This document shows, in pieces, positions 11,611 to 20,449 of a stretch of DNA of 64,000 bases; positions within the stretch are counted from its first letter, which is position 1, and every line of letters starts with the position of its first letter. Origin of the DNA: an uncultured Acidobacteriota bacterium (GTDB taxonomy: Bacteria > Acidobacteriota > UBA6911); the NCBI GenBank assembly GCA_963843575.1, contig CAWJKZ010000014.1, positions 736,001 through 800,000 of the forward strand, written 5' to 3'. The notes below the pieces were generated by a model. The model was not told the DNA's origin. It saw only the letters and a list, made by a program, of their open reading frames with translations, and did no database searches. The translations under genes were made by a program, and so were the position numbers.

Positions 11611-11914
11611 GTTCGAAGTTAAATGTCCTTCCGCCAGCCGGGATTATCCACAATCATTCAGCTGGATGGTCAGGGAACCATCGGGATTGAGCGGTTGTGC
11701 ACATGCCCGGGTGAGCGGTCTGCGCACGTTTTTAGTCTCGCTGAAGGCCGCCCCATGAACTCTCCCCGGCTTCTGAGTTGATGCACTATGTCGGCTCCCC
11801 AGCCTGTTCCAGGAACCCATACCGCCACGACGGCCAATATAGCACAGGGACCAGCAGAAGAATCAGCGGTTCGCGCACACTTGGGCCCTCTGTCGCGAAC
11901 TGCTGGTTACCGGG

Positions 11915-12120
11915 TTAGAAAAGAACCTGCTCATATAGGACGGGAGAAATAGGAGGAGGCCGGGAAGGAAGGCCCAGACAATCCAGAATCGTTGGGATAG
12001 CCTCGGGTGCCTGGATTGCAGCAATGATGCGCATTGGGCCGCGGCACCGCGACCATTCCACGACGTCCAACTCAAGAACTCTTTTCATCAATTCGGCCCA
12101 TCTGTAATTCCGTAAATGGC
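11915..12120 (-). pseudogene. C-terminal remnant of an IS91-family transposase
   Basis: RNYRWAELMKRVLELDV..WSRCRGPMRIIAAI..PEAI..ILDCLGLP resembles the IS91/ISCR C-terminal region; first Cys of CxxC lost. Confidence 0.7.
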
Positions 12121-12419
12121 ATTGGCGTGCCTTTTGAGAACTCCCGGGATGATCGAGTTGTTCTCCCGCAGCACAGCCACAGGTCCCGCGCATATGCTAA
12201 AGTCCTTTCATGGCCGAGGCAAAACCGAGCGATGATTGAACCCGAGCGGGTGCGTCACTGGATGCCGGACCAATTTGGAGGGCATTGGCCCGATACCGCC
12301 TGATGGATCCGGTGAAACCCCGGTAGAACTCACCGGGCGCCGAGGCGCCTTCCGGCGGGCGGCTGCAGTGGAACTGCGGAAAGCGGTGCCTCGTCACCAC
12401 ATGAGCGAGGGAAAAGCGC

Positions 12420-13418
12420 ATGGAGGCCATGAACCATGTGGAACGGTTCCGGGCGGTCATGAACTTCCAGCCGGTGGACCGTTTGCCGATGTGGGAGTGG
12501 GCGATGTGGTGGGACCAGACGATCGCCCGCTGGCACGGCGAAGGCCTGCCGAGGAAACTCACGTTCAGTCGTGTGTTCGACGTCGCGCAGTACTTCGGGC
12601 TCGATCCCTACCAGCAGTTCTGGTTCAGCACCACCGAATCGACTATCGAGGCCACCCAGCACCACGTGGAGGGGATCGTCGGCAGCATGGACGACTACCG
12701 CCGGGTAAGGCCGCGGCTGTACCCGGACCACCGCAGGGCGATCGAGGCGATGGGCGCCTGGGCCCGGTGGCAGGCGCACGGCGAGGCTGTGGTGTGGGCC
12801 ACGCTGGAAGGCTTCTTCTGGTTCCCTCGCACCCTGATGGACATCGAGCGGTTGAGCTTCGCCTTCTACGATCAGCCCGACGTGGTGCACGCCATCAATG
12901 GCGATCTGCTCGAGTTCAATCTCGGGCTGGTGCGGCAGATGGCGAAGGTCTGCGTGCCGACTTTCATGACCCTCGCCGAGGACATGAGCTACAACCTCGG
13001 GCCGATGATCTCACAGCGCGTCTTCGAGACGTTCCTCGCGCCGTATTATCGCCGGCTGATGGAGGCGCTGGGCGAGCTGAACATCATGCTGATCGTCGAC
13101 ACCGACGGGGACGTGACGAAGCTCGTGCCGTGGCTCGAAGCCGTGGGTGTTTCCGGTGTGCTGCCCCTCGAGCGCCAGGCCGGCGTGGACGGGATGACGC
13201 TGCGGCGGCAGTACCCGAAGCTGCGGATGGTGGGACACTACAACAAGCTGGTGATGAACCAGGGCGAGGCCGCCATGCGTGCCGAGTTTGAGCGCCTGCT
13301 GCCGCTGATGCGGACCGGCGGCTTCATCCCGAGCGTCGACCACCAGACGCCCCCGGGCGTCTCCCTCGAGGAATACCGCCTCTACAGGTGCCTTCTCACT
13401 GAATACATGCGCCGCTGA
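12420..13418 (+). CDS. uroporphyrinogen decarboxylase/cobalamin methyltransferase-family protein
   Basis: ERFRAVMNFQPVDRLP, EDMSYNLGPMIS, DTDGD, GGFIPSVDH. Confidence 0.82.
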   Translation: MEAMNHVERFRAVMNFQPVDRLPMWEWAMWWDQTIARWHGEGLPRKLTFSRVFDVAQYFGLDPYQQFWFSTTESTIEATQHHVEGIVGSMDDYRRVRPRLYPDHRRAIEAMGAWARWQAHGEAVVWATLEGFFWFPRTLMDIERLSFAFYDQPDVVHAINGDLLEFNLGLVRQMAKVCVPTFMTLAEDMSYNLGPMISQRVFETFLAPYYRRLMEALGELNIMLIVDTDGDVTKLVPWLEAVGVSGVLPLERQAGVDGMTLRRQYPKLRMVGHYNKLVMNQGEAAMRAEFERLLPLMRTGGFIPSVDHQTPPGVSLEEYRLYRCLLTEYMRR

Positions 13419-13444
13419 GGCCGCCGAGGATCCGTGGGTTCAGT

Positions 13445-13469
13445 GGTCGGGGTCGGCCCGACCCCGACC
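13445..13469. terminator. perfect GC hairpin (REP-like or terminator) between convergent genes
   Basis: GGTCGGGGTCGG-C-CCGACCCCGACC, 27 nt after the URO-D stop; no U-tract. Confidence 0.45.
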
Positions 13470-13939
13470 GAACAGGGAACAACCGGAGCTCGTCGACCAA
13501 GCCACGGGATGCGCAAAATCTCCGCGCCCGCCCATTCGGGCGACTGTCTCGCGGCTGCGGGGGCTCTCAAGGCAGACGACCACGGGCGGGCCCAGCACTT
13601 CCCAGGAGCCTCGTCACTTCTAGCAGATAGGCTTTTTGGTCTCAATCGATTTGCTCATCATGGGCCTCCCCAACGAAGCACTGTAATCTACACGTGGCCG
13701 CAACCGGAGCGGGTTTGCGATATCACCCGGGCCTCGATGGTTGTGCTTCTGTCCCGCTGGGTCACGCGCGATATGCTTCACCCTCCCGTAGGTTCGCAAA
13801 AAACGCGACGATTTCACACGACACGATCTGGCGCGCCAAGCGATCTTCAGCCAGCAAGTCGCGAGGAATCGCAGTCAGAGTTATTAGGCAGGCGGCTGGA
13901 GTCTACCGCTGACTTGAATTCTGCTCCAGTTCGGGGGCC

Positions 13940-16057
13940 TCAACGCGCGCAGCGGAATCCGTGCAATTCGGTGCAATACGTTGGAGCGCCCGGCAACCGG
14001 ACGGCCGAGCGTAACACGGTTGGATGACCGTGAATGAAGCCGCCGCGCGCAACACGGTCTCCCGAGGCTTCGGGGTCCTCACGCCCATCATCACTGCGGT
14101 ACGGATAGTCCGAGGAGAGGCTGGAGGTCCACTCGCCGGCGTTGCCGAGCATGTCGTACAGGCCCCACGGATTTCTGCGGCGCTCATCGCCGACCGGCAG
14201 GGTATTGTGGCTGTTATTGGCAAAGACATCCGCGAAGGTATCGCCCCACCAAAATTCCGACTGGGTGCCGGCACGGCAGGCGTACTCCCACTCGGCCTCA
14301 GTCGGGAGCCTTTTGCCTGCCCACTGCGCATAGGCCCGGGATGCATGCCAGCTCACGCAGAGCACCGGGTGATCGGCTTTACCTGGCGGATAATCAAAAC
14401 CGTTCCACAGTTTGAGGTATTCCTCGTCTACAAGGCGCTGCCCGGCCCTCCCCTTCTGCCACTGCGGGTTGGCATACACGAATCGCTGATAGTCCGCGTT
14501 GGTGACTTCGTTCACATCCATCCAGAAGCCCCGCTCCACCCTCACCGTGTGCTTCAGTTCCGAGAAACCGTTGGATCTGAGGACAGACAGAGTGCCCATC
14601 TGGAAGCTTCCTGGAGGTATCCAGACCATTTCGCGGCCGTCGCCCGGGCTGGTCCAGCGATCACCAGGCCGGGGATCCGGGTCCTCGCCTTTTAGACGCT
14701 GGATAGCCGGGAGATCCTTGGCGGCAACATAACCGCCGTGCCAGGCCCACACGAAATAAGCCCCGGCAACCATCAGGACCACGGCCGCCAGTCCGAGGGC
14801 CAGGCGAACCAACCACGGAACAATTCGCGAGGAAACCGATCGCCGGTTCCATGCTGCGGCTTTTTTCTCAGGCTTGTCCGTTCGTTCCTGCGCTGCTATG
14901 TCCGTCTCGACTCCTCGCGTGGACTGCGGGAGCCGGTCGTCGGCGCTGCCGACCGGCGAAACCGGCGTTCCCCGATCCGGCGGTTTGCCGACCCTAGGTG
15001 CGGACTCCGCGCTCTTCCGTTCTTCAGTTGGCGGGCGCGGTTCCTTCGCCGCATGACTCCGCTCCCTTGCAGGACTGAGCTCGGCGGCCTCCGCCTGTAT
15101 GCGGAGCAGGGCCTCCTGCCGCTCGCGCTCCGCCGTGCCATCCAATTCCCGGCAGAGCTCCGCGACTGTCGGAAACCGATCTGCAGCCTGCTTTTCGAGG
15201 CAGCGCAGCACGAGGGCGTTCATGGCCGGCGATACCCCCTCGATGGGTTTCGGCGCTTTCCCACGGATCTGGGCCGTGATATCGCCCGTGTAAAACGGCG
15301 GGTCGCCGGTGACGAGCTCGTAGAGGACGACACCCAGCGAATACAGGTCGCTCTGGGGGGACGTCTCCCCCATGACCTGTTCCGGAGACATGTAAAGGAG
15401 GGTGCCAGAGTCGAGTGCGCCGGTCAGGCGCGATACCGAGTCACGGCAGGCGCGCGCGATGCCGAAGTCCGCGATTTTCACCGAACCATCCTTACCGAGC
15501 ATCACGTTCCCCGGCTTGAGATCGCGGTGGACTATGCCCTTCGAATGGGCATGTTCGAGGCCCCGGCAAATTTCAACCGCGATTCTCCTCGCTTCGCCTT
15601 CCGGGAACCTGTCCGACGCCGCCAGCAACTGGGCCAGGCTTTCCCCATCCACGAATTCCATGGTGAGGAACTTTAAGTCCCCGTCCTCCTCGAAGTTGTG
15701 CACGCGGACGATGTTCGGGTGTGTAAGAGCCATCGAATGCCTGGCCTCGGACTTGAGTCGCGCAACCGAACCCGCGTCGCGGCTGAGGATGTCGCGCATA
15801 ACCTTGATGGCAACCGGCAACCGGAGGGCCTCATCTTCGGCCTGGTAGACCCGGCCCATGCCCCCGATTCCAATCTGCCTCTGAATGCGATAGCGTTTCA
15901 GCAGGATCGTCCCCGCCGCAAGGCCGAATTCCGTCGCAGCGGCCCCGATCGGATCGCTCACCGGTTTGCGGTTTGAGGTCGGCGCGAGGTCTCGTCCGCA
16001 GGCGGAGCAGAACAGCCCATCATCTGGATTCACGGTACGGCAGTAGCTGCAGTGCAT
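13940..16057 (-). CDS. Zn-ribbon Ser/Thr protein kinase with TM helix and FGE-sulfatase (SUMF1) domain
   Basis: CSYC..CSAC; IGIGGMGRVY, HRDLKPGN, DFG, YMSPEQ; TM segment; RLPTEAEWEYACRAG, NPWGLYDMLGNAGEW, GFRC. Confidence 0.9.
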   Translation of the reverse strand: MHCSYCRTVNPDDGLFCSACGRDLAPTSNRKPVSDPIGAAATEFGLAAGTILLKRYRIQRQIGIGGMGRVYQAEDEALRLPVAIKVMRDILSRDAGSVARLKSEARHSMALTHPNIVRVHNFEEDGDLKFLTMEFVDGESLAQLLAASDRFPEGEARRIAVEICRGLEHAHSKGIVHRDLKPGNVMLGKDGSVKIADFGIARACRDSVSRLTGALDSGTLLYMSPEQVMGETSPQSDLYSLGVVLYELVTGDPPFYTGDITAQIRGKAPKPIEGVSPAMNALVLRCLEKQAADRFPTVAELCRELDGTAERERQEALLRIQAEAAELSPARERSHAAKEPRPPTEERKSAESAPRVGKPPDRGTPVSPVGSADDRLPQSTRGVETDIAAQERTDKPEKKAAAWNRRSVSSRIVPWLVRLALGLAAVVLMVAGAYFVWAWHGGYVAAKDLPAIQRLKGEDPDPRPGDRWTSPGDGREMVWIPPGSFQMGTLSVLRSNGFSELKHTVRVERGFWMDVNEVTNADYQRFVYANPQWQKGRAGQRLVDEEYLKLWNGFDYPPGKADHPVLCVSWHASRAYAQWAGKRLPTEAEWEYACRAGTQSEFWWGDTFADVFANNSHNTLPVGDERRRNPWGLYDMLGNAGEWTSSLSSDYPYRSDDGREDPEASGDRVARGGFIHGHPTVLRSAVRLPGAPTYCTELHGFRCAR

Positions 16058-16378
16058 AGAAGTGTCCCGCCTTCCGGCGGCAGGAATTCAGTCGACTTGG
16101 AAGTGCCGCATCGGGCATCGCACCACGAGGAGCACGCCCGCCGCAATCGGGCGCGTGCCCGTTTCGAGCCGGGGACCGGAACGATGCTCCATGCAGCAAC
16201 GCGATTCTCAGGGAGAATCGCTCGTGTCGATCGGTACGCCGGGCAACCCATGGAAACGTTCAGTTTGAGATGTCAGCCAGTCTATTCGGAAACTTGCAGG
16301 GTGTCCAGCCATTTGGCCGGTGTGAGCAACCCGTCTGCTGCGCAACTCCTCCTCCATGGCCACGTTGCGCTCGCAGGA

Positions 16379-17188
16379 CTATGGCAACGGCTTGGTAGCA
16401 TGGAGATGAGCCAAAGTCACATCAACTCCGCACCAAAAAACCTTCGAATCCAAAAAGAAACGCATTCCCTCCTCTCTGCAGGCAACAAAGGGTGTGTCCC
16501 GGGAAACCGCGAACGTTGTGGAATTCAGCGGCATGATATCGTCGGACTCAACCAGTTTCAGCAGCCTTGCGTGGTTTTTCCACACGCAATCCAGATTGCG
16601 GAGCATGTTTTTGATGTAGTGCTGGACGTTCAGCCAGACACCGACGTAAGCGTGGCCCCGCATCAGAAATCATATCGGACACAGTCCCATTCGCTCGACG
16701 CTGGCTGCGCAGAGCAGGGTCAAATCAAGGCATGTGCCTCGGCGATGCTCGAAAGTCTTTTCCGCAAAAAAACCTTCTGTGAAACGGTGCGAAATGAATT
16801 CCACAGGGTTTCAGGAGTCTCAAAGCTGGGGGGGGGGATTGATGTAAGTGATTTTCAAATCCTGCTGCAACGTATTATAGAGAGCTTCCATCATCTCGAA
16901 GGCTTTTTTCCGGGTTGCCGCGCTGATACCCGCTGAGGTCGGTTTGTTTGTTCTCGCGGCGCGAGCGGTCCCGAACCATGTTGATGATTTTTTCGACCGC
17001 TTCGTTGTTGGGCCGGACGAAACAGGCCATGACATCCGCCATGTGCGGGTGGTAATATCATTCATTATAGGCAAGAACCTGCATCGGATAAGTGTCGGAG
17101 AAATACAACTCTTCATCTGCAACCACGTCGATCCGCAAACAGCCTTCTTCCGCTTCCTGCACTTGCCGCAAGCGCGATCGAATGAATC
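16379..17188 (-). pseudogene. 3' part of an IS-disrupted gene with a transglutaminase-like Cys/His domain
   Basis: Across frames: QVLAYNE*YY..MACFVRPNNEAV, SGYQ, ALYNTLQ..ITYINPPP, GTCLDLTLLCAASVERMGL, GHAYVGVWL; in-frame TGA at 17058-17060 and 16670-16672. Confidence 0.7.
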
Positions 17189-19648
17189 CAGACCTCCTGA
17201 CATAGCCCCCTGGAACCCACATTTCCATTGGTGATTCCTCAAGGGGGGCGGGGACCCAAACCTGTCCTCTTTTTTCGACTCTGATACCCCGGTTCTACCT
17301 GCGATGCTCCTGTCATGGCGGGAGCACAAAGGCAACAGAGTCTGTTCGTTCAACCGGTCAAGGATGCCGGCTCCATTGTCGTCAATGACCGTTGCACGGT
17401 TCGCACGGATCTGGGCAACCGAGTCGTTGTCGTCTCCGGTATCGTCCTGGCCCAGTACGATATTGCCGACCGTATGGCGGAGTCCTACGCGATGGTCAGT
17501 CTCGTGGAACAGGGCTGGGCAAGCCAGCGGGAAGTAGCACGAGCGTTCCGGTGTTCCGTACGCACGGTTCGTCGGCATCAACTTCGATTCGCCGCAGGCG
17601 GCTTGACTGCGCTCGGCCACCGGGACGGGTATCCTGCGGGACTCCCCCGATTGACGCGCTCGCGCGTACAGATGGTCCATCGACTCAAGGATGAGGGTCT
17701 GGCGAACCGTGAGGTGGCCCGTCGGCTCGGCGTCACTCCGAAAGCGGTCAGGAAACTCTTGAAGCGGTCGGGTTGGCACGACCACGAACCCGAACAGGTC
17801 CGCTTGCCGCTGGCGCCGTCGGGTGGGGACCCAAACCTGTCCCCTTTTCAATCCAAGCAGGCGGTTACGGCATCCGTAAGACCCTCGCCGGGCGGGGACC
17901 CAAGCGTGTCCACTTTTGTCGCTGATGCCGCAGAACCGGTTCCGATATCGTTCGATGCGGATCCTTCCGATCGGCGCGTGGATCGCATCCTTGCCTGTCT
18001 GGGACTCCTGGACGATGCGGCACCGCTGTTCTGTGCCGAAGCCCGTGTGCCCCATGCCGGCGTGCTGCTGGCGGTGCCGGCCCTGGTGGCGAGCGGCGTC
18101 TTTGCGATTGCCCGGAGCGTCTATGGCAGCATCGGCCCGGCCTTCTACGGTCTTCGCACGACTCTCATGGCTTTGGTGTTGATGGCGCTGCTGAGGATCA
18201 AGCGCCCCGAGGCACTCAAAGAGCATGCGCCGGATGATCTGGGACGCGTTCTTGGCCTCGATCGTGCTCCCGAGGTCAAGACGATGCGGCGCAAGCTCGA
18301 CCGGCTGGCTGCATCCGGTCGGGCCGCCGACTTCGGAAGAGCTCTGGCGCAAAAGCGCGTCGCAGAGCGAGGAGCCGCCATGGGATTCCTTTATGTGGAT
18401 GGACACGTGCGGGTCTATCACGGCAAGCGGACCCTGCCCAAGGCTCACGTCGCGCGGATGCGTCTGTCGATGCCGGCCACGACCGACTACTGGGTCAATG
18501 ATGCGGTCGGCGACCCGCTTTTTGTCGTCACTGCGGAAGCCAATGCCGGACTGACAAAGATGTTGCCTGTCCTGCTCCAGGAGGTGCGCTCGCTCGTGGG
18601 TGAGCGGCGGGTTACCGTGGCGTTTGACCGCGGCGGGTACAGCCCGAAGCTTTTTCTGGAGCTCATCGCTGACGGGTTCGACATTCTCACGTATCGAAAG
18701 GGGCGCATCCGGCGTATAGCCCGAGCGCACTTCAGTCGACACGAGGCGGTCATCCATGGTCGCAAGGTGGCTTACACATTGGCGGATCAGGGGGTTCGCT
18801 TGCTGAAAGGCAAGCTCCGGCTGCGCCAGGTGACGCGTCTCGTTGAGGATGGACACCAGACCCCCATTCTGACTTCCCGCCGGGACATCCCGGCCATCGA
18901 GGTCGCCTTCCGGATGTTTGAGCGGTGGACGCAGGAGAACTTCTTCAAATATCTCCGCGAGGAGTACGCGCTGGATGCCTTGGCGGACTACGGCGCTGTT
19001 GCCGCGGACCCGGCGCGGGAGGTGCCCAACCCCAAAAGAGCCGAGATGACGGCGCAACTCGAGGCGGTGCGCGCCGAGTTTAATCGCCTCACCGCAGAAT
19101 ACGGAGCCGAGGCCTTCATCAACCCTGAACAGTCCCGACCGACGATGCGAGGATTCAAGATTGCGCAATCCAACCTCGCAAATCGTATCCGGAAGGCATT
19201 CGACTGCATCTCGAACCTCGAAGTGGCGCGATCGGCTCTGCCCAAGCGGGTTCCCGTCGCCAGTGTCGTCGCGGACGAGGTGGTCCAGCTTGCACCGGAA
19301 CATAAACTGCTCACGAACATCATCAAGATGGTCGCTTACCAGGCCGAGAGTGATCTCGTGCATCTCGTGGCGCCTCACTACAAGCGGGCGGCCGACGAAG
19401 GCCGTACGTTGATCCAGTCTGCCCTCGCGTGTACCGGGAATCTCCGGGTCACGACGGAAGAACTCCACGTCACGTTGGCTCCCCTCAGCTCGCCGCATCG
19501 CTCCAAGGCAATTGCAGCACTCTGCGAGGAACTGAACCTCAGCGCGGCCACGTTCCCTGGATCCCGCCTCCGTCTCCGCTACGCGGTGGAACTCGGTCGG
19601 CCGTGCCATAAGAGGACAATTCAATAGGCGCCTATGTCAGGAGGTCTG
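17189..19648 (+). mobile_element. intact insertion sequence, 2460 bp, 17-bp perfect TIR, 5-bp TSD
   Basis: CAGACCTCCTGACATAG at 17189-17205 and CTATGTCAGGAGGTCTG at 19632-19648; GAATC at 17184-17188 and 19649-19653. Confidence 0.92.
17315..19627 (+). CDS. large DDE transposase with two N-terminal HTH domains (770 aa)
   Basis: HTHs SQREVARAFRCSVRTVRR and ANREVARRLGVTPKAVRK; YVDGH, FDRGGYS and RWTQENFFK catalytic motifs. Confidence 0.88.
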   Translation: MAGAQRQQSLFVQPVKDAGSIVVNDRCTVRTDLGNRVVVVSGIVLAQYDIADRMAESYAMVSLVEQGWASQREVARAFRCSVRTVRRHQLRFAAGGLTALGHRDGYPAGLPRLTRSRVQMVHRLKDEGLANREVARRLGVTPKAVRKLLKRSGWHDHEPEQVRLPLAPSGGDPNLSPFQSKQAVTASVRPSPGGDPSVSTFVADAAEPVPISFDADPSDRRVDRILACLGLLDDAAPLFCAEARVPHAGVLLAVPALVASGVFAIARSVYGSIGPAFYGLRTTLMALVLMALLRIKRPEALKEHAPDDLGRVLGLDRAPEVKTMRRKLDRLAASGRAADFGRALAQKRVAERGAAMGFLYVDGHVRVYHGKRTLPKAHVARMRLSMPATTDYWVNDAVGDPLFVVTAEANAGLTKMLPVLLQEVRSLVGERRVTVAFDRGGYSPKLFLELIADGFDILTYRKGRIRRIARAHFSRHEAVIHGRKVAYTLADQGVRLLKGKLRLRQVTRLVEDGHQTPILTSRRDIPAIEVAFRMFERWTQENFFKYLREEYALDALADYGAVAADPAREVPNPKRAEMTAQLEAVRAEFNRLTAEYGAEAFINPEQSRPTMRGFKIAQSNLANRIRKAFDCISNLEVARSALPKRVPVASVVADEVVQLAPEHKLLTNIIKMVAYQAESDLVHLVAPHYKRAADEGRTLIQSALACTGNLRVTTEELHVTLAPLSSPHRSKAIAALCEELNLSAATFPGSRLRLRYAVELGRPCHKRTIQ

Positions 19649-20374
19649 GAATCAGGGGGAGGCAGAGGCTTTTCTCCACGTGTTTTTTGCCGGGGAGGAT
19701 GTCAGGGATCGTCTTCTGAAATGGTTCACTGTAGTCTGGAGCCACCCAGGCTTTTACCAGGATATTCTGAAGGACCTCCTTTGAATTGTTGTTGAGCTGC
19801 AGCGAAGTGATGAGGGGCTGTCCCGAGTGCACCAGCGAATAGTTGAGGCGAGGTATGCCTTTGACTTTGAGCTTCAGGTCCCGAATTGCGATTCGCTGGA
19901 AAAGGGGCGCTCCGGCCTGTTGCATCAGCAGGTCAAGCCTGTAACCCGTGTTCTTGATTGGCAGGCGGGGATCGATTTCGGCGTGGCTGAGAAGATCGGG
20001 TAGTTCGTCTTCGTCTTCCTCGGCCAGCTCGTCAATTTCTGCGTCGGACAGGTCGGATGGCAGTGACGTTGTCCGATGGGAGGGACTGGCGCCTCTGCGG
20101 TCGAGGATGCCTGAAATCTCGTCGACGGAGCGCGACACATCGCTTCTGATCTGGTCCAGCATGCTTTGATTCCGGCTGCGAAGTGCTTCAAGAGACGATT
20201 GCAGTGCCGATCGGGGGCCGGAGGAGGCTCCTGTGCCGGTGCGCGCTTGCGCGCAGGCTCTGCATGTGGCGCTGAAGGAGCCACACCGGGAGCCGTTCTT
20301 GGTATGTCATGGCGCGCAGCCAGAACGACTCCCAGGGCACCCGATTTCGGCGGATGCTGGACAACCAGTGGCAT
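19649..20374 (-). pseudogene. 5' part of the IS-disrupted gene
   Basis: ORF 19632-20162 (PRLNYSLVHSGQPLITSLQL.N) reads into the IS end; frameshifted upstream extension to about 20374. Confidence 0.55.
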
Positions 20375-20449
20375 TGTCGAATAGACTCAGGCCGCCCTAC
20401 AGCATCTCAATTCTGCGGACGAAGTGCCGCACCGAACTGGAGATCAGCC

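Noticed and set aside
13443-13452. GTGGTCGGGG match to the tRNA-Pro 3' end as a possible att site
   Set aside because: Only 10 bp in GC-rich DNA and part of a local palindrome; compatible with chance
13665-13890. attC-like ends (GCCTAAT ... GTTGGGA on the minus strand) after the kinase
   Set aside because: Span of about 220 bp is too long, inner boxes do not pair convincingly, no integron integrase
16820-19624. 934-aa minus-strand ORF
   Set aside because: Antisense shadow of the transposase that runs on into the pseudogene; no independent motifs
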